Assembly (NCBI GenBank): GCA_963843845.1
Contig: CAWJMB010000002.1
Location: forward strand, 960,001 to 1,024,000
Reading direction: 5' to 3'
Source: an uncultured Gemmatimonadaceae bacterium
GTDB lineage: Bacteria; Gemmatimonadota; Gemmatimonadetes; Gemmatimonadales; Gemmatimonadaceae
DNA length: 64,000 bases
A model generated the notes under the pieces. It worked only from the letters and a program-made list of their open reading frames with translations. It was not told the DNA's origin and did not search any database. This document shows positions 30,134 through 42,582 of the stretch, one piece after another. Within the stretch, counting starts at the first letter, position 1. Every line of letters starts with the position of its first letter. Made by a program: the position numbers and the translations under genes.

Positions 30134-30901
30134 TCAGTGCACCTTCCCCGCCGGCACGGAATAGAGCAGCCGCAGCGTCGCCTGGTCGGCGAGCGACAGA
30201 TCGCGCACCCGCACGCGGGCCGCCATGATGTTCGCCGCGTCCGTCGTATGGTCGAGCCCGAGCAGATGCCCGATCTCGTGCAGCGCGATCGCGCGAACCT
30301 GTGGCGCGTCGAGCGGGTCGCCGTCACGGTGGCGCAGCGCGAGGGTGATCTCGCCGTCGACGATCCACCACTGGTCGTCGCGCGACCACACCGTCTTGCC
30401 GCTGATCGGCTCGCGGAAGCGGTCGACCCAGCGCACGTGGATGTCGGCGCGGGCGGAGTCGCGCGTGACGGCGAATCGGACCGGCGCGCCGACGAGGCCC
30501 CATGTCTCGAACGCCGCGCGGACCTCGTTCACGAACGCGTCCTGCCACCCGTCGAGCGCCGTGCCGCGCCCGATCCACACCTGGAGCGCCCGGCCGCCAC
30601 GGTCCGGCCACCGCGCGAGCGCCGAGTCCCGGTCGAGCAGCAGCTCCGCGATGTAGGTGCCCGCCTCGGCTCGGCGGATGCGGTCGCGCACGTCGTCGGT
30701 CCGCATCCGGCGTGCGACGAGCGGGAGGCCGGCGATGGACGCGGCGCTCGCGCGATGCGCGGTCGGCGTCGTCGACGTGATCGGCGCGACGGTACCCGAC
30801 GAGACGCTGCGATGCGGCAGGCCGGTGCGATACGACTCCGAGCCGATGAACGCAGCGAGCGTTCCGAGCACGACGAGGAGCGAGCTCTCGATTCGCTTCA
30901 T
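30134..30901 (-). CDS. Matrixin (M10) family metalloprotease
   Basis: HEIGHLLGLDH zinc motif plus Met-turn (NIM); N-terminal hydrophobic anchor. Confidence 0.85.
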   Translation of the reverse strand: MKRIESSLLVVLGTLAAFIGSESYRTGLPHRSVSSGTVAPITSTTPTAHRASAASIAGLPLVARRMRTDDVRDRIRRAEAGTYIAELLLDRDSALARWPDRGGRALQVWIGRGTALDGWQDAFVNEVRAAFETWGLVGAPVRFAVTRDSARADIHVRWVDRFREPISGKTVWSRDDQWWIVDGEITLALRHRDGDPLDAPQVRAIALHEIGHLLGLDHTTDAANIMAARVRVRDLSLADQATLRLLYSVPAGKVH

Positions 30902-31027
30902 GACGGGCGCTGGGGGAGCACGAGGCCGGCGCGCGACGCGGCCTCGACGAGGGAGGAGAGGACGAGCGAGCGAAGGAGGTGCTACGGCGGCGGAGCAGAC
31001 GACGGCGGGCGGTCGCTCGGGAGCGAC

Positions 31028-31936
31028 TTACGACAGGAACGCGTCGACGAGCGGGAAGAACCGGTCGGCGGCCTCGAAGAATGGCAGGTGGCCGGCGCCG
31101 GCGAGCACGTCGAGGTGCGCGGTCGGCAGCAGCGCCACCGTACGGCGGGACTCGTCGGGCGAGAGCAGATCCTCGGCGCCATGCACGACGAGCGACGGGA
31201 CGGAAAGGGAACGCAGGGCGTCGCGCCAGTCGTAGCCGTCGCGCCGCAGGCGGGCGGCGACGGCCGCGCCGGTGACGCTCGTCGAGCGCGGCGGCGAGAA
31301 CATCGCGGCGACCGACGGCTCGGCGAACCAGGCCGGATAGAACGCCCGGGCGTAGGTCGTATGAACGGCCGGATCGGGAACGGTGAGATCGGCTGGATCG
31401 AGCGCGGCGAGCGCCAGGGAGGCGTCGGGCGCGTGGCGACGCAGGTGCGCGAGCGCGGCGTCGTGGAGCGCCGGGAGCCACGCGCCCTCCGCGCCGACCG
31501 GGTCGACGAGCACGAGGCGGCGTGTGTTCGCCAGATCGTGCAGCGCGCCGAGCATCGCGATCCCGCCCCCCCACGAGTGTCCGAGCACGTCCCACCGCTC
31601 GACGCCGAGCGCGACGCGGATGGCGGCGAGATCGCCCGCGTCGTGCTCGATGCGCGCGGCACGGGGGCCCGGCGGGGGAGTGCTCGCGCCGCGTCCGCGC
31701 TGATCGTAGAGCACGATCTGCCGGCGCACGGCGAGCGGGGCGAGGGCGGGCCAGAGTACGCGGTGATCGAACAGCAGCCCGCCGTTGACGCAGCAGAGCG
31801 GCGTCGCGCCCGGGACGGGGGGCGATGTCCAGACGGCGAACGACAGGCCGCGCGCGCTGACCGTGTGACGCGTCAGACGCGCGGGGCGGCCGACCGCCGT
31901 GCTGAAGGCGAGCACACGCTCGCGGGTGCTGGTCAC
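31028..31936 (-). CDS. Alpha/beta hydrolase (proline iminopeptidase-like)
   Basis: YDQRGRG, GHSWGG nucleophile elbow, GAED, GH catalytic His. Confidence 0.85.
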   Translation of the reverse strand: MTSTRERVLAFSTAVGRPARLTRHTVSARGLSFAVWTSPPVPGATPLCCVNGGLLFDHRVLWPALAPLAVRRQIVLYDQRGRGASTPPPGPRAARIEHDAGDLAAIRVALGVERWDVLGHSWGGGIAMLGALHDLANTRRLVLVDPVGAEGAWLPALHDAALAHLRRHAPDASLALAALDPADLTVPDPAVHTTYARAFYPAWFAEPSVAAMFSPPRSTSVTGAAVAARLRRDGYDWRDALRSLSVPSLVVHGAEDLLSPDESRRTVALLPTAHLDVLAGAGHLPFFEAADRFFPLVDAFLS

Positions 31937-32031
31937 GCGAGAGGGGATGCGGCGGCGGCGTGGACGACGAGCGTCATGCGGAGGGGAGGGAACTCAAGTG
32001 TGACGGGGCACACGCACTCGCGCAATCGGCA

Positions 32032-32079
32032 ATCGCGCACGCCGATCGCGCACGCCGATCGCGCACGCCGATCGCGCAC
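32032..32079 (+). repeat. 13-bp intergenic tandem repeat ATCGCGCACGCCG, about 3.7 copies
   Basis: Read directly. Confidence 0.9.
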
Positions 32080-32086
32080 CCGCGGC

Positions 32087-32569
32087 TCAGGGCGCGCCGG
32101 CTCCGCGCACGGCGATGCACTCGATCTCGACGCGCGCGTTGCGCACGAGTCCCGCGACGGCCACCGTGCTGCGCGCCGGTTTGTGTTTCGCGAAGAACGG
32201 CGAGTACGCCTCGTTCATCGACGCGAAATCCTTGATGTCGGCGAGGAAGACGGTGCACTTCACGACGTCGTCGACCGACGCGCCGGCGCGGGTCAGCACA
32301 CCCTTCATGTTCTCGAGCGCCTGCTTCGTCTCCGGGCCGATGCCCCCTTCGGCGAGCTGCCCACCGGTCGCGGTGCCGAGCTGGCCGCTCAGGTAGATCG
32401 TCTCGCCCACGCGGACGTACGCCGAGAGCGGTGACGAGCCGCCCGCTGCGGGGAATTCGACGCGCGCGGCGGACGGTGGCTGCGCGGCGAGCGGTGCGGC
32501 CGCGAGGGCGGCGGCAGCGGCGGCGGTCGTGACGGTGACGGCGAGAGCGTGCGGAAGGCGGAGCGGCAT
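32087..32569 (-). CDS. RidA/YjgF family protein with N-terminal signal peptide
   Basis: YLSGQ, VVKCTVFL, MNEAY, PARSTV, VEIEC motifs. Confidence 0.9.
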   Translation of the reverse strand: MPLRLPHALAVTVTTAAAAAALAAAPLAAQPPSAARVEFPAAGGSSPLSAYVRVGETIYLSGQLGTATGGQLAEGGIGPETKQALENMKGVLTRAGASVDDVVKCTVFLADIKDFASMNEAYSPFFAKHKPARSTVAVAGLVRNARVEIECIAVRGAGAP

Positions 32570-32677
32570 CGAGGTGTCCGGGGTCGGAGAGGGAGGTGGG
32601 AGCGACTCGGCGCGTCGGAAGATAGGTGGCGCGGCGCGCGCGGACGCGCGGGCCGCGTGTCGACGCCGATCCGGAGG

Positions 32678-33745
32678 CTAGAGCGGCCGCACGGCGTCGA
32701 CGATCGTGCCCCTCGCGATCGACTCGCGCAACGCATCGCCGAGCTGGTGGCTCGCGTCGACGACGGCCTGCCAGCGACGCATCCGCTCCGACTCGGTGTG
32801 CGCATAGAAGTCGCGCCGGTCGGGGATCTTGCCGCCGGGGAGCGACGCGACGAACGCGTCGGATGGCGCGACGAGGAGCGTGCGACGGAAGTTCGTCGCG
32901 CCGGCGCGCCGCCACGGCAGTCGTCTGTCGAACCACCCCGGGACGACGTGCGAGTAGAAGTGCGGGTAGAGCACGATCCCCTCGTCGCGCGCTCCGAAAT
33001 CGAGGTCGAGGTGGTAATCGAGCACGCCGCCGTCCCAGTACAGGCCGTGCTCTCCCGGGATGCGCACCCCGTCCATGAGGAGCGGGATCGATCCCGAGGC
33101 GAGCAACGCCGCGCGGAGGTTGTCGTGCGTGAGCCGTCGGTGCGTGGTGGGAAGATCGGCGAGGTGGCGAAACGGGGTCTCGTCGCCGCACGAGTGAAAC
33201 ACGACGCGTCGGAGCTGGGCGGCGAGGGTGCGCCGGCTCACCACGTTCGCCGCTGCTGCGAGCATGAAGCCGGCGACGAGCGGCGTGCGTCGCGTCGCCG
33301 CCGTGAGCCCCCGGCCCGCGGCGACGAGGACGTGCAGCCGTACCCACGGATGCGCGAGCGCCTCGTCGACGCCGCTCGCGCCCAACAGCCGGTCGAGGGC
33401 GGCGCCGAGGACCGTGGAGATCTCGCGCGGCGACGGCTTCGGCGGGTAGCGCTGATCGTAGATGTAGGCATGGTGCCCGCGGTCGAGCGCGGCGACCGGG
33501 TCGCGCTGCGCCAGGCAGGCCATGCGCCAACTGCCGATCGACGATCCGATGCAGTGCAACGGCCGCGTGCGCGGTGCCCGGAAGAACTCGCCGAACAGAA
33601 ATCGATCGAGCCCGGCGAGCGCGAGCCACTTGGCGCCCCCCGACGCGCCGGGGAGGATCGCGACGTCGTCGGCCCGCAACCCGTGCTCGCGGAGGTGGCG
33701 GAGTGCGTCGGGGCCCGCGCGCAGCGTGAGCGGAGCCGCGCTCAT
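32678..33745 (-). CDS. Patatin-like phospholipase family protein
   Basis: GASGG, GSSIG, ASGSIP, DGG motifs. Confidence 0.8.
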   Translation of the reverse strand: MSAAPLTLRAGPDALRHLREHGLRADDVAILPGASGGAKWLALAGLDRFLFGEFFRAPRTRPLHCIGSSIGSWRMACLAQRDPVAALDRGHHAYIYDQRYPPKPSPREISTVLGAALDRLLGASGVDEALAHPWVRLHVLVAAGRGLTAATRRTPLVAGFMLAAAANVVSRRTLAAQLRRVVFHSCGDETPFRHLADLPTTHRRLTHDNLRAALLASGSIPLLMDGVRIPGEHGLYWDGGVLDYHLDLDFGARDEGIVLYPHFYSHVVPGWFDRRLPWRRAGATNFRRTLLVAPSDAFVASLPGGKIPDRRDFYAHTESERMRRWQAVVDASHQLGDALRESIARGTIVDAVRPL

Positions 33746-33752
33746 CGCGCCC

Positions 33753-34385
33753 TCATTCCGGGCGCCGCGCGGCGCGGGGGATCGAGCGGAGCCGCGCGAC
33801 GTCTGCCGGCGTGTCGACGTCGAGCACCGCAGCGTCCATCGGCACGGCGACGACGTCGCCGACCGTCGCCGCCCGCGCGCGCAGCCAGCGCCCGGCCCCC
33901 GCGTCGCCCGTGAGCGCGACCAGCGACTCGGCGTGTGCGCGGGCGAACAGCGCGGGGGCGCCGACCGCGCTGTCGGTCGACGTCGCGCCGTAGTGCGACG
34001 CGGCGATGCCGCCGGCGGGCCACGCGGTCACGAGTCGCAGCAGTGCCGCCGAGTCGACGAGCGGCTGATCGGCGAGCGTGACGAGCACGCCGTCGACGTC
34101 GCTCCCGAGCGCGGCGCGGACGCCGGCGGCGAGCGACGATGCGAGCCCGTCCTGCCAGCGGTCGTTCGTGACGACCGTGACGGGCACGTCTCGCAGCGCC
34201 GCCCGCACGAGCGTCGCGCCGGCCCCGACGACGACGATCACGGGCGACGCGCCGGTGCCCAGCGCCGCGCGTGCGGCCCGTGCCACGAGCGATTCTCCGT
34301 CGTGCTCGACGAGTTGCTTCGCGTGGCCGAGTCGCGACGAACCGCCGGCGGCGAGCACGACGGCCGCGACGCGCGGCGTCGTCAT
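33753..34385 (-). CDS. Molybdenum cofactor cytidylyltransferase-like nucleotidyltransferase (MocA-like)
   Basis: LAAGGSSRLG..KQL, DQP, DVDTP motifs; lies in the xdhC operon. Confidence 0.8.
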   Translation of the reverse strand: MTTPRVAAVVLAAGGSSRLGHAKQLVEHDGESLVARAARAALGTGASPVIVVVGAGATLVRAALRDVPVTVVTNDRWQDGLASSLAAGVRAALGSDVDGVLVTLADQPLVDSAALLRLVTAWPAGGIAASHYGATSTDSAVGAPALFARAHAESLVALTGDAGAGRWLRARAATVGDVVAVPMDAAVLDVDTPADVARLRSIPRAARRPE

Positions 34386-34433
34386 CGCGTGCGCACTACG
34401 CGGCCACCCCGCAGTCGCGGCGCGCGGAGTCCG

Positions 34434-35642
34434 TCACCGTGCCGCGTCGTGGAGGGGCGCGCGCCGCTCGCGCAGATGTCCACCGTCGCGCCCCGCGAGC
34501 ACCGCGGACGCCTCGGCGACGACGGCGAGCGCGATCGCGGCGGGGCCGTCGCCGCCGACATCGAGACCGACCGGCGCGTACAGGCGCGAGCGCACCGCGT
34601 CGAGCGACACGCCGCGCGACGCGAGCTCGGCGAGCATCCGCTCGGTGCGCGACCGCGGGCCGAGGACGCCGACGTACGGGACGGCGGTCGCGAGCAGCGC
34701 GTGGACGTACGCGGCGTCGCGCGCGAAGTGGTGCGACATGACGACCGCCGCGCTCCGCGCGCCGAACGCAGCGACCTCGGCGACACGTGCCGGCTCGGCG
34801 CACGCGACGACGCGAGCATGCGGAAAGCGAGCGTCGTGTGCGGCGTCGGCGTGTGCGGCGTCGGCGTGTGCGGCGTCGGCGTGTGCGGTGACCGTCGCGC
34901 GATGATCGACGACCGTCACGTCCCAGCCGAGCGACGTCGCGAGCTGCACGACGGGGAGCGCGTCGGGGCCGCTGCCGCAGACGACGAGGTGCGCGATGGG
35001 CGTGACCACCTCGAACGCGACGTCGACGGCGGTCGACGCGCTCGACGACGCGCCGGACGTCACCACGTGTCCACGCCGGCCGGCGGCGAGCGCGTCGTCG
35101 CGGTGCGCGGCGAGCGCGGCGACGAGCGCGCCGTCGCGCCAGAGCCCGGCAGTCGCGATGTCGTCGTCGCCCTCGCCGAGCAGCGCGTGCGCGCCGACGA
35201 CCGGCGCGCCTGGTTCCTGCGGCGCGCGGATCACTGTCGCGAGGACCCGCGGCGAGCCGGCGTGCTGCGCGCGGTGCAGCAGCGCCGCGACGTCGCGCGC
35301 GGCTGCAGGGGCGAGCGGCTCGAGCAGCACCTCGATGAGCCCGTTGCAGCCGAGGCCGAGTCCCCACACCGCGTCGTCGTCGGCGCGCGTGTCGTAGGTG
35401 ACGAGCGCCGCGCGACCGGTCGCGTGCGCCGCGCGCGCGTGCTCGGCCAGGTCGGACTCGAGGCAGCCGCCGCTCACGAGGCCGACCGTCGTGACGGCGT
35501 CGCCGTCCACGCGCACGAGCATGCGCGTGCCGACGCCGCCGTAGCTCGAGCCGACGACGCGGACGACCGTCGCGAGCACGACGGCCTCCCCCGTGGCGGC
35601 CGCCGTGCCTAACGCGTCAACGATGTCGCGCAGTGCGGCCAA
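34434..35642 (-). CDS. xdhC: XdhC/CoxI family molybdoenzyme maturation factor
   Basis: SGGCLE, GLGCNG, YVGVLG, APVGLD motifs; TTG start abuts the upstream stop; internal AHADA repeat at about 34834-34888. Confidence 0.85.
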   Translation of the reverse strand: MAALRDIVDALGTAAATGEAVVLATVVRVVGSSYGGVGTRMLVRVDGDAVTTVGLVSGGCLESDLAEHARAAHATGRAALVTYDTRADDDAVWGLGLGCNGLIEVLLEPLAPAAARDVAALLHRAQHAGSPRVLATVIRAPQEPGAPVVGAHALLGEGDDDIATAGLWRDGALVAALAAHRDDALAAGRRGHVVTSGASSSASTAVDVAFEVVTPIAHLVVCGSGPDALPVVQLATSLGWDVTVVDHRATVTAHADAAHADAAHADAAHDARFPHARVVACAEPARVAEVAAFGARSAAVVMSHHFARDAAYVHALLATAVPYVGVLGPRSRTERMLAELASRGVSLDAVRSRLYAPVGLDVGGDGPAAIALAVVAEASAVLAGRDGGHLRERRAPLHDAAR

Positions 35643-37886
<2,244 letters not shown>

Positions 37887-37890
37887 GGCG

Positions 37891-38415
37891 TCAGTCCTCG
37901 CGCTGCTTGTCGGTGCCGCTCGTCGCGCGGGCGCGCGCGGGGCCCGCCTGCGTGACCTCGGCCTTCATCTCCGCGGCGCGGTGAATGGCCTGGCGGATGC
38001 GCAGGTACGTCGCGCAGCGGCAGAGATTCCCGTTCATCGCGTTGTCGATGTCCGCGTCGGTCGGGCGCGCCGTCCGCGTGAGCAGCGCGGCCGCCGACAT
38101 GAGCTGGCCGGCCTGGCAATAGCCACACTGCGGCACGTCGAGCTCCTCCCACGCGCGCTGCAACGGGTGCGTCGCGTCGGGGGAGAGCCCCTCGATCGTC
38201 GTGATCGACGCGCCCTGCACGACGGAGACGGGGAGCGAGCACGAGCGCGTCGCGCTGCCGTTGAAGTGCACGGTGCAGGCGCCGCACAATCCCGCGCCGC
38301 ACCCGAACTTCGTGCCCTTCATGTCGAGGACGTCGCGGAGCGCCCAGAGCAGGGGCATGTCGGCGGGCGCGTCGACCGTGGTCGGCTTGCCGTTGAGCTT
38401 GAAGGCGACCTTCAT
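37891..38415 (-). CDS. (2Fe-2S)-binding small subunit (IorA-like)
   Basis: [25 protein letters not shown] motifs. Confidence 0.92.
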   Translation of the reverse strand: MKVAFKLNGKPTTVDAPADMPLLWALRDVLDMKGTKFGCGAGLCGACTVHFNGSATRSCSLPVSVVQGASITTIEGLSPDATHPLQRAWEELDVPQCGYCQAGQLMSAAALLTRTARPTDADIDNAMNGNLCRCATYLRIRQAIHRAAEMKAEVTQAGPARARATSGTDKQRED

Positions 38416-38561
38416 GGCGGGGCGGGGGAGAGGGGAAGATCCGCAATCTGGGGCAGTGCGGCGGTTCGGTCCAGCGCAGCGCGCCCATTCGGACGCGGCT
38501 GTACACTCCACGAACCGCCGCCCCCCGTCGCGTCGCTCCACCCGACTCCCACCCGAACGTC

Positions 38562-40676
38562 ATGCGTCCTCGTCTCGCGCTCGGCGCGCCCGCCCTCGGC
38601 ACGCTCGCCCTCGGCGCGCTCGCCCTCGGCGCGCTCGCGCTGCCGTCGCTGCTCGCTGCGCAGCCCCGCTCCGCCGACTGGCCCGTCTACGGCGGCGACG
38701 ACGCGCACACGCACTACACGACGCTGAGCCAGATCTCGCCGGCGAACGTGCGGCAGTTGAAAGTCGCCTGGACCTACGCCACGCACGACGAGTTCGCCGG
38801 CTCCGAGATGCAGACCAACCCGGTCGTCGTCGACGGCGTGCTCTACGCCACGACGCCGAAGATGCAGGTCTTCGCGCTGAACGCGGCGACGGGGAAGGCG
38901 CTGTGGCGCTTCGACCCCCAGCACGGCGCGGCGACGACGTCGCGCATCCGCCACCGCGGCGTCGTCGTCACCGGCGACCGCGTGCTCGTGAACTACCGCT
39001 CCCGGCTCTACGCCCTCGACCGGCGCACCGGCCGCCCCATCCCCACGTTCGGCGACAGCGGATGGATCGATCTCCGCGCGGGGCTCGGCCGGCCGGTCGA
39101 GGGGCTGTCGGTGAGCGCGAGCACACCGGGCGTCGTGTTCGACGACCTGCTCATCATGGGAAGCACCGTTCCCGAGCAGCTGCCGAGCGCGCCGGGCGAC
39201 ATCCGCGCGTACGACGTGAAGAGCGGCGCGCTCCGCTGGAGCTTCCACACGATCCCGCACCCCGGCGAGTTCGGGCACGACACGTGGCCGGCCGACGCGT
39301 GGACGACCGCCGGCGGCGCGAACGCCTGGTCTGGAGTGACGCTCGACCGGGCGCGCGGCATCGTGTTCGCCGCGACGGGCTCCGCCTCGTACGACTTCTG
39401 GGGTGGCGCGCGGCTCGGCGACAACCTGTTCGCGAACTCGGTGCTCGCGCTCGACGCGCGCACGGGGCAGCGGCTCTGGCACTACCAGGTGCTGAAGCAC
39501 GACCTCTGGGATCGCGACCTCCCGGCGGCGCCGGTGCTCGTCACCGTCCAGCGCGGCGGGAAGGCGGTCGACGCGGTCGCGCAGATCACGAAGACGGGAC
39601 ACGTCTACGTGCTCGACCGCCTGACCGGCACGCCGCTCTTCCCGGTGGCGGAGCGGGCCATGCCGACGAAGGCGCTCCCGGGCGAGCGCGTGGCGGCGAC
39701 GCAGCCGTTCCCCGTGAGCCCGCCGCCGTTCAGTCGCCAGCGCCTCACGGCGCGCGACCTCACGACGCGCACGCCGGCGGCCAACGCCGCCGCCCGCCGC
39801 CTGTTCGCGCAGTACGGCGCCGCGCACCCGTTCGAGGCGCCGACCGCGAAGGGAACGATCCTCTTTCCGGGGGTCGACGGAGGGGGCGAGTGGGGCGGGC
39901 CGGCGTTCGATCCGGAGACGGGCCTCCTCTACGTGAACGCGAACGAGATGGCCTGGCTGCTCAAGCTCGTTCCGCGGAGCGACGAGTCGCTCTTCGCCGC
40001 GAACTGCGCGAGCTGTCACGGCGAGCGCCGGCAGGGCTCGGGCATCGGGCCGTCGCTGCTCGGCGTCGGGACGCGGCGCACGCGCGAGCAGGTCGCGCAG
40101 ATCATCCGCGAGGGCACGGGGCGCATGCCCGCGTTCGGCTCGGCGCTCGACGGGCGCGCGGTGAGCGACATCGTGAACTACCTCTACACCGGCCGCGACG
40201 CGTCGCGCGCGGCCGGCCCCGACCCGTTCGGCGTGCCGTACCGCACGGCCTACTTCGACATCTTCCTCGACCCCGACGGCTATCCGGCCATCGCGCCGCC
40301 GTGGGGCACGCTGAGCGCGATCGACCTGAACGCCGGGACGATCCGCTGGACGCGCCCGCTCGGCGTCTACCCGAAGCTCGCGGCGCAGGGACTCACGAAC
40401 ACCGGCACCGACAACTACGGCGGCGCGATCGTCACGCAGAACGGACTGCTCCTCATCGCCGCGACGACGTACGACGACACGTTCCGCGCCTTCGACAAGC
40501 GCACCGGGAAGGTGTTGTGGGAGGCGAAGCTCCCTGCGGCCGGCAACGCGACCCCGTCGACGTACATGGTCGACGGCCGCCAGTACATCGTCATCGCCTG
40601 CGGCGGCGGGAAGAACGGCGCGAAGAGCGGCGGGACCTACGTCGCGTTCGCGCTGCCCGAGGTGCCGGCGCGGTAG
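38562..40676 (+). CDS. PQQ-dependent (glucose dehydrogenase-like) quinoprotein with inserted cytochrome c domain
   Basis: Signal peptide; DWPVYGG, HDLWDRD, GGEWGG, PPWG, Trp-docking repeats; CASCH heme motif and MPAF. Confidence 0.85.
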   Translation: MRPRLALGAPALGTLALGALALGALALPSLLAAQPRSADWPVYGGDDAHTHYTTLSQISPANVRQLKVAWTYATHDEFAGSEMQTNPVVVDGVLYATTPKMQVFALNAATGKALWRFDPQHGAATTSRIRHRGVVVTGDRVLVNYRSRLYALDRRTGRPIPTFGDSGWIDLRAGLGRPVEGLSVSASTPGVVFDDLLIMGSTVPEQLPSAPGDIRAYDVKSGALRWSFHTIPHPGEFGHDTWPADAWTTAGGANAWSGVTLDRARGIVFAATGSASYDFWGGARLGDNLFANSVLALDARTGQRLWHYQVLKHDLWDRDLPAAPVLVTVQRGGKAVDAVAQITKTGHVYVLDRLTGTPLFPVAERAMPTKALPGERVAATQPFPVSPPPFSRQRLTARDLTTRTPAANAAARRLFAQYGAAHPFEAPTAKGTILFPGVDGGGEWGGPAFDPETGLLYVNANEMAWLLKLVPRSDESLFAANCASCHGERRQGSGIGPSLLGVGTRRTREQVAQIIREGTGRMPAFGSALDGRAVSDIVNYLYTGRDASRAAGPDPFGVPYRTAYFDIFLDPDGYPAIAPPWGTLSAIDLNAGTIRWTRPLGVYPKLAAQGLTNTGTDNYGGAIVTQNGLLLIAATTYDDTFRAFDKRTGKVLWEAKLPAAGNATPSTYMVDGRQYIVIACGGGKNGAKSGGTYVAFALPEVPAR

Positions 40677-40721
40677 GCCGGCGCGACCTGGGCGAGCAGC
40701 GGTTCCGCGTTCGTCGCGCCG

Positions 40722-42391
40722 TCAGTACCCCGCCGCGTGCCCGTCCTTCCGCGAGTCCGAGCCCGCCGCGTAGCCCCGGGCGAGCCGCACGATCGCCTGC
40801 GCGCCGCCGAACTGCGTCTGCCGCTCGTCGTACATCTCGTGGCCGAGCGCCCCGAGCGACGCGCGCACGGCGTCGCCGATCGGCGTCTCGAGGGCGACGC
40901 GAAGCGCGTTCATGTGGCGGAAGCGCGGCGCGTCGATCGCCTGCTGCACGTCCATGCCGAAGACGAGCATGTTGAGCAGGAACTGCACGTGTCCCTGCGC
41001 CTGCATGGCGCCGCCCATGAGCCCGAACGACATCCACGGCTCGTCGTTCTTCGTGACGAACGCGGGGATCAGCGTGTGGAACGGGCGCTTGCCCGGGGCG
41101 ACGGTGTTCGGCAGCCCCTCGTCCATCGTGAAGCCGGCGCCGCGGTCGTGCAGCGCGAAGCCGGTGCCGGGCACGACGATTCCGGAGCCGAACTCGTCGT
41201 ACAGGCTGTTGATGAACGACACCATGTTGCCGGCGCTGTCGGCGACGGTGAGGTAGATCGTCTCGCTCGACGTCTGCGCGGGGCCGGGGTCGACCTGGGC
41301 TCGCGCCTTCGTCGCGTCGAGGTGACCGCGCCGTTCGGCGATGAACGCGTCCGACAGCATGCGCTCGGCCGGCATCGTCAGGTGGTCGGCGTCGCCGACA
41401 TAGCGTCCGAGGTCGGCGTAGGCGAGCTTCTTCGCCTCGATGAGGTGGTGCAGGTACGGCGCCGAGTTGTGCCCCATCGCGGCGAGGTCGTAGGGCTCGA
41501 GGATGCGGAGCATCTCGAGCGCCGCGATCGCCCTGGTTGTTCGGCGGCAGCTCCCAGACGCGGTAGCCCTTGAACGTCGTCGAGATCGGCGTGATCCACG
41601 TCGGCGCGTTCGCCGCGAGGTCGGCGAGCGTGACGAAGCCGCCGAGCGTCCTGATGCGGTCGGCGACGCGGGCGCCCAACGACCCGCCGTAGAGCGCGCC
41701 CGGCCCCTCCTTCGCGATCTGGCGCAGCGTGCGCGCGTAGTCGGGGTTGCGGAACCAGTCGCCGGCCTTCGGCGCCTTGCCGTCGACGAGGAACGTCGCG
41801 CGGGCGCCCTCGTCGCGGGCGAGCAGGGCGGCCTGCCCCGCCCAGTCCTCCGCGATGATCGGCGTGACGACGAAGCCGTGGTCCGCGTAGCCGATCGCCG
41901 GTTGCAGCGTCTGCGCGAGCGACAGCGTGCCGTACTTGGTGAGGAGCGTCTGCCAGCCGGCGAGCGCGCCGGGGACGGTGACGGTCTCGATGCCGCGCGC
42001 CGGCATCCGCGTGCGCCCGCGCCTCACCAGTTCGGCGCGCGACATGAGGGCGCCGGCGCGTCCGCTCGCGTTCAGCGCGACGAGGCGGCGCTCCTTCGCG
42101 ATCCAGATCAGCGCGAACATGTCGCCGCCGATGCCGGTCATCATCGGCTCGACGACCGAGAGCGTCGCGGCGGCGGTGACGGCGGCGTCGATCGCGTTGC
42201 CGCCGCGCTGCAGAACGCCGAGGCGCGGCGCTCGTGGCGAGCGGCTGGCTCGTCGCGACGACGCCGCGCGGGGCGTAGACGACCGAGCGGCCGGCCATCG
42301 TCGAGGGGCGCTGGGCGAGGGCGGGCATGGCGAGCGTGAGGAGGGCGACCGACGGGGCGACCGCGGTGCGGAGTGCTGGAGCGAGGCGCAT
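40722..42391 (-). CDS. ggt: Gamma-glutamyltransferase; frameshifted
   Basis: GGNAIDAA, GIGGD, ELPPN.QG, nucleophile Thr in ETIYL, KRPFHT, DSRKDG; indels near 42225 and 41535. Confidence 0.88.
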
Positions 42392-42582
42392 GGAGCTCGG
42401 TGGCTGGGGGCGCGATCGCCGCAAACGTAGCCGTCGGGACGCCGTCTGTCTCGCGTCGGCTCGCATGCGCTTCCGAACACGACGCGGCGAGCGGCGGCCC
42501 GTGACGGCGCCAATATTGGAGATCGTGCGTGCGCGACACTCCGGTTCGCCGCGCCGATGGAGACCTCGTCCCCACGCTCCGC

